Shown here: piece by piece, positions 53,876 to 63,786 of the stretch
Layout: every line of letters begins with the position of its first letter
Numbering within the stretch: position 1 is the first letter of the stretch
Assembly (NCBI GenBank): GCA_963810275.1
Contig: CAWENF010000002.1
Coordinates: 1-64,000 of the forward strand
Reading direction: 5' to 3'
Length of the DNA: 64,000 nt
Origin: an uncultured archaeon
GTDB taxonomy: Archaea; Thermoproteota; Bathyarchaeia; Bathyarchaeales; Bathycorpusculaceae
Program-made: the position numbers and the translations under genes
The notes under the pieces: generated by a model
What the model was told of the DNA's origin: nothing
The model's database searches: none
The model's input: the letters and a program-made list of their open reading frames with translations, nothing else

Positions 53876-54921
53876 GTTTGCTCAAACTCCTCAAGTTTCT
53901 GCATGTTGCCACCTGACAATTTCACTAAACTTCTTAACTTACTGTAAGCTGCACCGCTGGTGATAGATTTTTGGGCTAATTCTATACCCTCAGCAAACGA
54001 GGAGGCTTTTCCACCGACCAAGATACCAGCAGCGGCGTTAACGAGCACAATGTCAGCTTTTGCATCCGCCTCTATATTGTTTAGAATATTGAATATAGTT
54101 CGGGCGCTCTGCTCAGCAGATGAACACTGCAAATCTGCAATGGTTGCCTTTTTGATGCCGAAATCTTTGGGCGTCATCTCTGAAATTATTACTTCTCCGA
54201 CCTTGAGGTGGGCGACAAACGTTTTTCCTATCGTAGACAATTCATCCAGTCCGTCCTGCCCGTGCACCACCAATGCTTCCTCCGAACCCATCTTCTGTAG
54301 CGTGTGAGCCAGTGGCTCAACTAACTTTGCGTCGTAGACTCCTATAACCTGCGCGGTGGCACCAGCTGGATTTGTGAGAGGACCCAAAACGTTGAAGACT
54401 GTGCGAATACTGATTTCTCTGCGTGTTTCACCCACGTACTTCATGGCAGGGTGAAACGCTGGTGCAAACATGAAGCCAATGCCAACTTGCTCAATGACAC
54501 CTTCAACCGCTAATGAGTCTAAGGCGAGATTGACCCCGAGTTTTTCAAGTACATCTGCACTTCCGCTACTGCTTGTAACTGCCCTGTTACCGTGTTTGGC
54601 GACGGCAACGCCTGCGCCAGCTGTGACGAATGCGGCTGCGGTACTGACATTGAAAGTTTTTAGTCTGTCTCCGCCTGTTCCGCAGGTGTCGATTAGGCGG
54701 CCTTGGATTTTGGGATGAATTTGTTTGCAGTGACTCCTCATAACTTGGGCGAATGCGGCTAATTCTTCCACGGTTTCGCCCTCCATGCGCAAGGCGGTTA
54801 GGAACGCCGCCATCTGTGCATTGGAGGTTTTCCCAGTAATGATTTCCGTCATTATTGTGGTAGATTCAGAGGCGGTTAGGTCGTAGCCTTCCACAAGTTT
54901 CTGGATGCCTTCGCGTATCAA
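53872..54921 (-). CDS. trpD: Anthranilate phosphoribosyltransferase
   Basis: DTCGTGGD, FNVST, KHGNR, GSADVLE, LGPLTNP. Confidence 0.97.
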   Translation of the reverse strand: MIREGIQKLVEGYDLTASESTTIMTEIITGKTSNAQMAAFLTALRMEGETVEELAAFAQVMRSHCKQIHPKIQGRLIDTCGTGGDRLKTFNVSTAAAFVTAGAGVAVAKHGNRAVTSSSGSADVLEKLGVNLALDSLAVEGVIEQVGIGFMFAPAFHPAMKYVGETRREISIRTVFNVLGPLTNPAGATAQVIGVYDAKLVEPLAHTLQKMGSEEALVVHGQDGLDELSTIGKTFVAHLKVGEVIISEMTPKDFGIKKATIADLQCSSAEQSARTIFNILNNIEADAKADIVLVNAAAGILVGGKASSFAEGIELAQKSITSGAAYSKLRSLVKLSGGNMQKLEEFEQT

Positions 54922-55502
54922 GGTTTATCCTCCAAAAAGTTTCTGATTATCACTTTGCCATCTTCACATAAGATAGATTCAGGGTGAAACTGTACACCGT
55001 AAATTGGGTATTTCTTGTGTCGCACACCCATGATTTCACCGTCGTCAGCCGCTTCAGCCACTACTTGGAGGCAGTCGGGTATTGAGGCTTTTTCGCCTGC
55101 CAAAGAGTGGTAGCGTGTAGCATTGAAGGGTTCACGTACACCTTTGAATAAGCCTTCTTTATTGTGGCGAATCGTGCAGGTTTTACCGTGCATCAGTTTT
55201 TTAGCGTGAACAACTTTGCCCCCATAGCAGTAGATTATACCCTGATGCCCCAGACAGACACCCAACGTGGGAATCGATGGGCTCAACTTTTGAAGTATGG
55301 CTTTGCAGACACCGAAAAACTTGTCGTCTTCGGGGTTTCCCGGTCCGGGGGAGATGACGATGCGATCAGGTTTGAGTTTAGCGGCTTCCTGCAGGGTGAT
55401 TTGGTCGTTTCGGTACACCACCACTTCTGCGCCTTGCTCGCCGATATACTGAACGAGGTTGTAGACGAAGCTATCATAGTTGTCGATTACCAAGACTTTC
55501 AC
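54918..55502 (-). CDS. trpG: Anthranilate synthase component II
   Basis: IDNYDSF, SPGPG, GVCLGHQ, RYHSL, QFHPES; GTG start overlaps the trpE stop. Confidence 0.96.
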   Translation of the reverse strand: MKVLVIDNYDSFVYNLVQYIGEQGAEVVVYRNDQITLQEAAKLKPDRIVISPGPGNPEDDKFFGVCKAILQKLSPSIPTLGVCLGHQGIIYCYGGKVVHAKKLMHGKTCTIRHNKEGLFKGVREPFNATRYHSLAGEKASIPDCLQVVAEAADDGEIMGVRHKKYPIYGVQFHPESILCEDGKVIIRNFLEDKP

Positions 55503-56903
55503 TGTGTTTTGCCTCCTGCAGCGTGTTCGAGAGCTTTCATGAGTGCTTTTGCTTTGAACTCTGTTTCTATCCACTCCTTAGCTGGGTCAGAATCCGCGAC
55601 TATGCCTGCGCCTGCCTGAATGTAGGCTTGATTGCCCTCAGCAAAAAGTGTGCGGATTGTGATGGCGAAGTCTGCGTTTCCGTTGCAGCTGAAGTAGCCC
55701 ACGGCGCCAGCGTAAGGCCCTCGCCTTGATGGTTCGAGTTCGTCGATGATTTCCATTGCCCGCACTTTGGGTGCGCCTGAGACTGTTCCTGCTGGGAAGA
55801 CCGCTTGGAGGGCGTCGAAGCTTTCCAAACCGTCATATAAGTCGCCTACGACTTGCGAGACGATGTGCTGGACGTGGCTGAACTGGTGAATCTGCATAAA
55901 CTCAGGCACACAGACGCTGCCGTACTTGCTGATTCGCCCGATGTCGTTTCGGGCCAAATCAACCAACATTACATGTTCAGCACGCTCTTTTGTGTCGGCT
56001 AAGAGCTGTTTGCCTAAACGGGCGTTCTCTTCGTCGTCAGCAGTGTAGGGTACTGTGCCGGCGATTGGAAAAGTGATAACTTTGCGTTTATCAACTCTAA
56101 CCAGCATCTCGGGGCTGGCGCCCACGATTTGTCGGTTTCCCGACTTGTAGTAGAACATGTATGGTGAAGGGTTAATTTGGCGAAGGGATTGGTAGAATTT
56201 TAGCAAACTGCCACCGTATTTAAACTCGAAGCGTTTGGAGAGGACAACTTGGAAGATGTCACCTGAAGTTACGTACTGTTTGGCTTTTTCAACGGCTGCC
56301 TTAAACTGTTCTTTGGGTGTGTTGCTTAAGGGTTCGGTGTAAGAGAATTCTTGTTGTTCCTTTGCGGGTTCTGATAGCAACGCTTCGATTTCGTCTAAAC
56401 GGTTATTGCCCCTGAAATAGTAGTATGCAAGGTCGTTTTTGCTGTCAAAAATTATACCATCTTCAAAAATGCCCATCTCCAGGTCTGGAAACCCCAGTGG
56501 GTCAGGTTTTTGGTTAGGCAACTTTTCGATGTAGTGGATAGTGTCGTAGCTTATGTATCCCAAGGCGCCTCCGACGAAGCGGAAATCAACCATGTCGTTG
56601 TTGTATGGTTTGAGAAGTTGCTGTATAACTTTGAAGGGGTTGTCGGTTTGCTGTGTTGTGGCTTTATCGGTTTGGTTGTCGGTGATTGTGACGGAGCCGT
56701 TTTTGGCGGTTATGGTAATCTTTGGGTCAAAGCCTAAAAAGCTGTATTGTGCGAGTTTTTGGGGTCCTTCGATGGATTCAAGGAGGTACGCTGTTTGATA
56801 TTTTTGATGGATTTTACTGAATACTTGTATTGGGTGGTTGGCTTGTGTGAATTTGACGTAGTTGAGTTTGGCTACGTTTATGTTTTGCTGTTGGCTGCTG
56901 CCA
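55499..56903 (-). CDS. trpE: Anthranilate synthase component I (start uncertain)
   Basis: LLES, GDIFQVVLS, NPSPY, SPE, EHVMLVDLARND, PAGTVSGAPK. Confidence 0.95.
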
Positions 56904-56977
56904 AAGGCGATTCCCCATTTAAATTGTGCTCCTGTATGGTTCAGATCCATACAGCAAAGCATTATTTAAGGCTTATT

Positions 56978-56993
56978 TGTACATAAATGTACA
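56978..56993. promoter_or_regulatory. Tandem TRP boxes TGTACA-N4-TGTACA (TrpY-type operator)
   Basis: Exact TGTACA hexamers just upstream of the trpE TATA box (CTTAAATA, - strand, ~56963-56970). Confidence 0.7.
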
Positions 56994-57006
56994 TGAGTTG
57001 AGTTAT

Positions 57007-58056
57007 TTAACCGCAGCCTAGCCGTTCTGGTTCAAAACGGCGAACAAACCGCGCCATTAAAAACTGGACACTTGATTGTGGAATCTCCCGCCGATGCCGC
57101 CAAACATAATACCCCAGAACCACAACCATTGCAACACCCGAAGCAGTCACAAGCCCCAAAACAGTCAAATCATTTACGGTGCCAGAGCCAGTTCCTCCCT
57201 GAACTGGAGCAAAATTGGGGTAGCCTCGGCTCTCCCAGTAGCCCTGATAAGTGGTGTCGTTGGAAACGTTGATTTCTGTTATCCACTCCACCCACTTGTA
57301 TCCATATTGGTTTGTGGCAACCAAAAAGAAGGGCCAGCCAAGCTGTGGGGTGAGGGTGATGTTGTTCATTTTGTAAGCAATCATCAAGTTATTGTCTTTT
57401 ATGTATTCAAGCGGCAGTGAAGATGAGTAGCCGTCAGCGGCTATGAAGATGATTGTGTTAGCTTCGGAGCTAATGCCATAGTGATTAAGCAAGTCAACGA
57501 TGGGAACGCCTTCCCACAGCATAGTCACGCTCCAGCCCTCCACGCAGGGCAATGTCGCTACCTCCAACTTTGAAGGGAACCCATCCACGACTTCACTGTA
57601 GGTAACAGGTTGGGGTAAATCAACCATACCTGTGATGTCTAAACGATAATTGGATTGGTCAATGTTTTGGACACCCTTAATGGCTACATCAGGATGAGTG
57701 TATAGATACTGAATATAAACTGATATTGGAGTTAAAATCATACCCGAATACTCACTTATTTCATTTGTCATATAATCGCCCGAAGGTGGAGAAGTTGGGC
57801 TCACAAAGCCACCAGATGAAGGCGTTGGGGTAGGCGAAACAGGCATCGGTAGAGTGGGAGTTGGAGTTGTCTGATCTGGCGAGGGCGACGCTGTAGCTGT
57901 CGGGGACGACATAGGTGTAGGTGATGTAAGGTTGTCTCCAGAATCAGCAGGTGAGCTCGGGAAGAAAACAAAAATCACTGCTAAAACGATTAAAAACGCC
58001 ACGATCAAAATGGATATCAAAGCTAAAGCTTTGTGTTGCTTAATTGGTTGCATCAA
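57007..58056 (-). CDS. Membrane-anchored molybdopterin-dependent oxidoreductase (sulfite oxidase/MsrP-like)
   Basis: LPCVEGWS..WEGV, DGYSSSLP, GWPF.LV..YGYKWV.W, GYWESRGY; Pro/Thr linker; TMs at both ends. Confidence 0.88.
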   Translation of the reverse strand: MMQPIKQHKALALISILIVAFLIVLAVIFVFFPSSPADSGDNLTSPTPMSSPTATASPSPDQTTPTPTLPMPVSPTPTPSSGGFVSPTSPPSGDYMTNEISEYSGMILTPISVYIQYLYTHPDVAIKGVQNIDQSNYRLDITGMVDLPQPVTYSEVVDGFPSKLEVATLPCVEGWSVTMLWEGVPIVDLLNHYGISSEANTIIFIAADGYSSSLPLEYIKDNNLMIAYKMNNITLTPQLGWPFFLVATNQYGYKWVEWITEINVSNDTTYQGYWESRGYPNFAPVQGGTGSGTVNDLTVLGLVTASGVAMVVVLGYYVWRHRREIPQSSVQFLMARFVRRFEPERLGCG

Positions 58057-58132
58057 GTCTAGCTAGATAATACTGGTATTTATGATTGCCGAAAAACACC
58101 ATCAAAAAAAGAGCAGCCCAACTTTTGAAGAT

Positions 58133-58453
58133 TTATGGTAGGTTATCTGTCAGCCAAGTTAAGTATTCCTTTGAGATCTCCACGATGGGTAAAGCTATGA
58201 TTTCGGGCACCTCGTAGCTGTGCAACTCCTTCACCTTCTGTGAAATCTCGCCAAAAAGGCTACGCCGCGTCTTCATCAGAACTAAGCTTTCGTTAGCGGT
58301 TTCGATTTTGCTCTGCCAGACAAAACATGACGCCACCCCACGTATAATGTTAGCACACGCAATCAAACGCATCTCCAACAGGGTTTGGCTGATTTTTTCT
58401 GCTTCCGCATTATCTTTAGTAGTGACTAATACCACGATAAAATCTTCAGGCAC
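58133..58453 (-). CDS. cutA: Divalent cation tolerance protein
   Basis: LIACANI, W..KIE, HSYEVPEI. Confidence 0.92.
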   Translation of the reverse strand: MPEDFIVVLVTTKDNAEAEKISQTLLEMRLIACANIIRGVASCFVWQSKIETANESLVLMKTRRSLFGEISQKVKELHSYEVPEIIALPIVEISKEYLTWLTDNLP

Positions 58454-58558
58454 ATGAACCACAGATCTAGTTTTAGGAGTTAGAGGGCTAAATAACTTCC
58501 CATTAATCAGGAAACAGGCATTAACACATTTAAATCCCAAACCACCTATGTATGTGCG

Positions 58559-59074
58559 GTGAGGCGACTCTACTTGAAGGAGACACAAATTAAAGTCTTA
58601 AAAACAATGCATGAAGCCACAGGGCGCATGGACATAAACGTTTTTTCGCAGGCAGTAGGTTTAACTCCAGAGCAGGCGGTTGAGCAGGTGCATTGGCTGG
58701 CAGATTTGGGTTTTCTAAAAAAGGTAGGGTCAGGGTACTGCTTAACTGACAAGGGCAAAAACGCCTTTAAAATCGAAGTACAAGCGCCACCTGAAAAAAC
58801 ATTCACCTTCTACGAAGGACTCGACCAACCATTAGGAGTAAGCGCTCGCTCCATCGAAGAGTTTTACCTCGGAATAAAAACGGTTTCATGGGACGCCCTT
58901 GACTTTCACTTATACCGAGGCGACTTCGAGAAGTGGATTGAGGAAGTCTGGCAAGATAAAGAATTAGCCTCCGAAATAGACGAGTTAGAAGGCTACGGCT
59001 TGAACGAAGAGGACCTACGCAAAGCGCTCCTAAAAGCCATCGACAACCGCTACGGCGTTGGCGACCTACTTTAA
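58559..59074 (+). CDS. wHTH + DUF5752-like domain protein
   Basis: N-terminal winged helix; 'FTFY...ARSIEEF......LDFHLYRGDFEKWI'. Confidence 0.7.
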   Translation: MRRLYLKETQIKVLKTMHEATGRMDINVFSQAVGLTPEQAVEQVHWLADLGFLKKVGSGYCLTDKGKNAFKIEVQAPPEKTFTFYEGLDQPLGVSARSIEEFYLGIKTVSWDALDFHLYRGDFEKWIEEVWQDKELASEIDELEGYGLNEEDLRKALLKAIDNRYGVGDLL

Positions 59075-59523
59075 GGCTCGTAGAGGTTTTTCCACCATAC
59101 AGGCGTTTTAGCGTCGGGCGCAGCATCCCAAGGGTCATAAGGCTTAATATCCAAAACAGGCGTGCCATCGTAAGCGTCTAAACCTCGCACAGTCAACACG
59201 TTACCTTCGACTTTTAATAATTCGACAAGGGTTAATCCGATGGGGTTGGGGCGGTAAGGCGTTCTGGTTCCAAAGATGCCGGTGAGTGGCAAGTCGGTTC
59301 TGCTTCGGGGGTGCACTTTGGGCGGCAGGGTTTCGGTTTTTATTAAGTTTAGGTGGAAGAGCACGAATATGTGGCTGAATTCTGAGACGCCACTTAGAGC
59401 TTCGGCGAGTTCAGGTTTTAGGACGAGTTGTGAGATGACATTTTCATCTCTCACTTTGTTGCCGACGGCCTCTGTTTTGACGGCGCCGATAGGGGTGAAG
59501 CAGATTTTTCCATCAGAATCCAT
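59071..59523 (-). CDS. trmO: tRNA (m6t6A37) methyltransferase
   Basis: PIG, GIFGTRTPYRPNPIGLT, GLDAYDGTPVLDIKPY. Confidence 0.93.
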   Translation of the reverse strand: MDSDGKICFTPIGAVKTEAVGNKVRDENVISQLVLKPELAEALSGVSEFSHIFVLFHLNLIKTETLPPKVHPRSRTDLPLTGIFGTRTPYRPNPIGLTLVELLKVEGNVLTVRGLDAYDGTPVLDIKPYDPWDAAPDAKTPVWWKNLYEP

Positions 59524-60064
59524 GGTGGTTCAACATGAAGGGGAAGGTCTGTGAGGGTATTTAAGGCTTCAATAGCCTGAGAATTACAGTTGTTTACAAA
59601 TACAGTTAAGCATTCAGCATCCAAGTATACTAAGTAATGGTCCTTGGCCCATAAGTGCATCACATACATATGCTCCGCCGCGGGTTTAGCCAGTTGTTTT
59701 AGGTTACTTTTTGGTGCAGGTTCATGAGAAACAAAACTTTAACTACATTATAGGCATCAGGGCTGCGTGCCAATAGCGTTTTAGGCTTAAAAGTAATAAT
59801 CATCAACCAGTTCACTCTCTTAGACGACATGAAATATTTCACACAAAAAAGAGATTTCTCACTGCCGCTTAGCTGAGCAAATAGAAATTACCTTCTAAGC
59901 CATCACATAGCAAATGAAACTCGTGAAACCTCCAATTACACCTAAACGTCAAAAGCGGAGCAAAAACCTGCTATAGCCTCAACCCAACAAACACCGAAAG
60001 CTTCAAAGATGCCTTGCCTCCATACAGCAGTAGCTCTATAAACACGGCCTAACCCTTCTTAACT

Positions 60065-60712
60065 ATGCCCAAAGTCTACCTTTTAGGCGGAGAAAACGTG
60101 ACCCTCAGAAGCGCCAGAGAAATCAACCTCACCGCCTTAGAAGACGCCGCCCCCCATCCAAGGTTGCTGGTTTTCACTTGGGCACGCCCATCCTTTGACA
60201 GACGGTTTGACAAGCGCAGGCTCTTTTCGGACTACATGAGGAACCTTGGAGCAAGAGAAGTGAGGTTTGTGGAGTATGGGGAAGAGGAGGATTTGGCGAA
60301 GCGACTTTTGGGGGCTGATCTGATTTACTTCACGGGCGGTCAGGCGAGCGTGTTAGTTGAGCGGGCAGAAAATGCTGGTTTGGGTAAGCTGCTTGATAGT
60401 TTCTGTGGCGTCATAGTTGGGAGGAGCGCTGGGGCACTTGCTTTGTGCAACCGCTGTGTCACGACAATTCGCGAGAACAAGCAGGTGCGGGTGGTGAAAG
60501 GCTTAGGCTTGGTAAATATCACGTTAAAAGCTCATTATACCTCCGAGAAGGACACGGCGTTGGAACAATTCTCGCGGAAGGAACCGATTTTTGCGGTGCC
60601 AAAAGACTCCGCACTCGTATGCGGCAGCGGCGAGTTAAAGGCTATCGGAAAAGTCTACCTTTTCCAAAATGGGCAACGCAGAGGCTTCACGCAGGGTGTC
60701 TATGAGAAGTAG
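60065..60712 (+). CDS. Peptidase S51 / peptidase E-like protein
   Basis: ADLIYFTGG, GRSAGA, GLGLV....HY. Confidence 0.85.
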   Translation: MPKVYLLGGENVTLRSAREINLTALEDAAPHPRLLVFTWARPSFDRRFDKRRLFSDYMRNLGAREVRFVEYGEEEDLAKRLLGADLIYFTGGQASVLVERAENAGLGKLLDSFCGVIVGRSAGALALCNRCVTTIRENKQVRVVKGLGLVNITLKAHYTSEKDTALEQFSRKEPIFAVPKDSALVCGSGELKAIGKVYLFQNGQRRGFTQGVYEK

Positions 60713-60863
60713 CTTCGAACATAAATTTTGGATTTAGCAATGTATGGACTGGACTCAGTGCAACAGTGAGCACGGTGCCCAGTGTGGCGAGCACTATAAT
60801 GTCACCGAATACCCAACCAAAAAATTCTGTGACAAAAAAGCCTCTAAATCAAGAAAAAATGAA

Positions 60864-61088
60864 TTAGCCGTGTTTAGCGATGGCTGCTGTAATCGCCGCT
60901 CCAATTATGAGCATGATTAGAGCTGCACCCAATACAAGAAGCGGAATCTTAAAGACAGCTTCGGAGTGCAACACCGCCGTTGTTGGCAAACCGCCAAGGT
61001 AAGCTACAAGAAAAAACGCTGTGAAAACTGCGCCAACTGCTTCAATTACGTAGAGAAACGTGGTTAAGCGATTTTTGGCCATCTCCAA
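60864..61088 (-). CDS. Small two-TM membrane protein
   Basis: Two hydrophobic helices. Confidence 0.65.
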   Translation of the reverse strand: MEMAKNRLTTFLYVIEAVGAVFTAFFLVAYLGGLPTTAVLHSEAVFKIPLLVLGAALIMLIIGAAITAAIAKHG

Positions 61089-61227
61089 ACTTTGTAACCC
61101 TTCTGCATTATTGGATTTGCAGGTTTTAGTATTTAATATTAACCGTCAAAATAGATCAGGGTACAGTCTGGTTACCACAAGCATAATATACAGTTTACCT
61201 CAAAGTAATTTTGTCGGCGGCGTAACT

Positions 61228-62151
61228 TTGGAGCAAAAAAGTCTTACCCCACTAAAAGTAGGCGTAGCCACAGCAGCAACTGCATATTTCCTTTTCACGC
61301 TTCACGCAATGTTCACGTTAGGCTGGATAGGAGAATGGGAAGGTTTACCGCCACCAATGGACTTCTGGATTTTCATAACTGATATCTCAGCAGGCATTTT
61401 TCTTGTTTTCCGCTTCATTGCAGGCATACTCGCCTTCACAGCCGTAGCTCTATACTTCACAAAAGGCTTATCTCAAAACACACTATACAAGTGGATAAGG
61501 GCAATTCTGGTTTTGGAAGCGCTCTACTGGATTGGCCTTTTACCGTCTGGAATCTGGGGTATCCTTTTTGGGGTAATGCCATACGGAACTTCGTTGCTTA
61601 TAACAACTGGAATACCATGTATGTTCTGCTCAGTAGCCATCCCTATATCCCTCTTCATGATAGCAGCTAAACTTAAACCCGAAAGGCCAGCACCGACAAA
61701 GTTGGTTTGGATTGCAGGCTTATTCTATATAATTGACTTTTGGTTAGTCAACATGGGCACATGGATCAACGTTGCATTCTTTTCAGGTAAAAGCGCAGAT
61801 TACCTTATCATCAACCCAGAGTATCTTTTCAGCTTCATCCTAACCATAGCAGGTTTGCTGTCACTTGCAATCTACACAGGTTATGCTGCAGTAAAATCGA
61901 AATGGCAACTAAAAACATGGCCAGCAGGAGTAATCCTTACCTCGCTTGGATTATATTACCTTTGGAACTATATGGCGTGGATTTTCTTTGGCGGTTGGAA
62001 CGACTGGTACGCATGGTTCCTTGGGCATAACCTTGACCTGTGGTTGCTGACACTTCCGCTGATTGGGTTGCCGCTGCTGTTCCAAAGCCAAAAGCAGCCT
62101 GCCCCAGAAGAACCTCCTTCGCCATTCGGCTCATTTGTAGCCACCGCCTAA
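61228..62151 (+). CDS. Polytopic membrane protein
   Basis: About 8 hydrophobic segments; likely TTG start at 61228. Confidence 0.75.
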   Translation: MEQKSLTPLKVGVATAATAYFLFTLHAMFTLGWIGEWEGLPPPMDFWIFITDISAGIFLVFRFIAGILAFTAVALYFTKGLSQNTLYKWIRAILVLEALYWIGLLPSGIWGILFGVMPYGTSLLITTGIPCMFCSVAIPISLFMIAAKLKPERPAPTKLVWIAGLFYIIDFWLVNMGTWINVAFFSGKSADYLIINPEYLFSFILTIAGLLSLAIYTGYAAVKSKWQLKTWPAGVILTSLGLYYLWNYMAWIFFGGWNDWYAWFLGHNLDLWLLTLPLIGLPLLFQSQKQPAPEEPPSPFGSFVATA

Positions 62152-62240
62152 CCGCACAGTTGTTGTACACGTATGCCTCCGCATGTGATGACCACAAACA
62201 TAAAATTGTCAAACAGGCAAAGATGAAGGCGGTAAACACT

Positions 62241-62738
62241 ATGCCACAGTTTGCATTAAACTCAAACAGGATTGACCCTTACAAGAATTTTAGGTTTCGA
62301 GTGAAATGGGATGGAAAAGTGGTTGCGGGAGTCTCCAAGATGAGTCCACTTAAACGCACCACTGAAGTTATCACACACCGGGAAGGCGGCGATATAAATG
62401 TAGACCGCAAATCCCCCGGCAGAACCACGTTTGCACCTATCGTATTTGAGCGCGGCGTGACGCACGATCCCGAGTTTGAAGCTTGGGCAAACCTCGCTTT
62501 CAACAAAAGCTCGGAGTCGATGTCGCTTAGGAACTTCCGCAAAAATATAATCATCGAGTTGCTAAACGAAGCGGGCGCGGTTGCTATCGTCTATAAGGTT
62601 TACCGATGCTGGGTTAGCGAGTATAGTGCCCTGCCCGAGTTGAATGCAGGCGCAAACGCTGTAGCTATTCAGAGTATAACGATTGAGAATGAGGGTTGGG
62701 AGCGAGATACCTCTGTGGCTGAACCCCAAGAGACTTAG
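62241..62738 (+). CDS. Phage-tail tube protein (T4 gp19 / eCIS Afp1/5-like)
   Basis: DPYKNFRFRVKWDG, REGGD...RKSPGRT, ERGVTHD.EFE.WA, RKNIIIEL.NEAG, YRCWVSEY..LP.L.A.ANAVAI, ENEGWERD. Confidence 0.92.
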   Translation: MPQFALNSNRIDPYKNFRFRVKWDGKVVAGVSKMSPLKRTTEVITHREGGDINVDRKSPGRTTFAPIVFERGVTHDPEFEAWANLAFNKSSESMSLRNFRKNIIIELLNEAGAVAIVYKVYRCWVSEYSALPELNAGANAVAIQSITIENEGWERDTSVAEPQET

Positions 62739-62749
62739 GGGAGACCTAA

Positions 62750-63451
62750 TTGTCGAATCAACCAAACAGCCATAAAGGAACTCTCGTACTTCTATCGACA
62801 ACCGCCAGCAACGCTAACGCCTTAGGCTCCAATACGTACTTTGTGTTCCAGTACAACCCAGAAAAACTCGTGCATACATTCAATCAAAACACGACTGTCC
62901 AAAATGAGCTGCAGGGGGAGTTTTTCAGCTTAAAATTTGACCTTGATAGTGTAGACTTTGACGAAGCAACACAAACCCAAATTACATCGCAGTTTGGGAT
63001 ACACCCTGCACTTGCTTTGCTGGAAGCAATGACGCAACAACAAAAGACAGGCAACCAAACACTTGAGCCCATCATTGTCTTCAACTGGGGCACAAAACGC
63101 TCCGTACCAGTCCACGTTGTAAATATGAACATTGAAGAGCAAAGTTTTGATACTGCGCTCAACCCGACAAGAGCAACAGTTAATCTAACACTAAAAGTTC
63201 TTGAGACTACAGAAGTAAGCGGCAACCCAGAAGCGAAAAAACTTTGTCAAGCGCACCAAACCACCCGAGCATCGCTGGTGGATGTTTACAAGTTGCAGAC
63301 TGGGCAAGGCAGATCCACAGTGGGAGTATCCCAAGGAGTTCCAGGCACTGCTGTTACCTCAGTAGGGAACTTGGCAAGTGTGTCGAACCTAAAAAGCACC
63401 GTATCCAAGGTCGAAACAGTCAAAACTATTAGATCCATTAAACGCCGTTAA
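62750..63451 (+). CDS. CIS tube-initiator-like protein (Afp7/gp48-type)
   Basis: FQYNPEKL, GIHPALALLE, F.WG..R..PV....I.E..FD.ALNP.RA.V.L.L.VL pattern; 11 nt after the tube gene. Confidence 0.75.
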   Translation: MSNQPNSHKGTLVLLSTTASNANALGSNTYFVFQYNPEKLVHTFNQNTTVQNELQGEFFSLKFDLDSVDFDEATQTQITSQFGIHPALALLEAMTQQQKTGNQTLEPIIVFNWGTKRSVPVHVVNMNIEEQSFDTALNPTRATVNLTLKVLETTEVSGNPEAKKLCQAHQTTRASLVDVYKLQTGQGRSTVGVSQGVPGTAVTSVGNLASVSNLKSTVSKVETVKTIRSIKRR

Positions 63452-63539
63452 CCGGCGCTTCTTTTTTGTAGGCACAGTGTGTAGCAACACAGCTTCATTA
63501 TTCTTGTCGGTATTATGTAGCTTAAGGAAGCTAAATTTT

Positions 63540-63662
63540 ATGATTCTAACTGAAGAGCCGCCCCCGAATCCGCCTCCAAACCCAGAGCCAGAACCTCAAC
63601 CGCAGCCTGAACCGCCAAATCCTACCCCAGTAGAGAATAACGAACAAAAGCACCTGGGATAG
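63540..63662 (+). CDS. Possible Pro-rich microprotein
   Basis: MILTEEPPPNPPPNPEPEPQPQPEPPNPTPVENNEQKHLG; low complexity. Confidence 0.35.
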   Translation: MILTEEPPPNPPPNPEPEPQPQPEPPNPTPVENNEQKHLG

Positions 63663-63786
63663 TAGTCTCAAAACGCCGGATTGTTCTCAACAGCTGAACA
63701 TTTTAAGTTAAAAAAACAAAATCTAAACCAATCCCTAACTTTTGAAACTCTTATATACGTCGCCTGATAATCTGATTGTGAGATTC

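Noticed and set aside
59560-60060. 500-bp intergenic gap
   Set aside because: No convincing ORF, repeat or long-range helix found by eye.
62241-63451. Prophage interpretation of the tail genes
   Set aside because: No capsid, terminase, integrase or att repeats; the proteins resemble eCIS rather than virus components.
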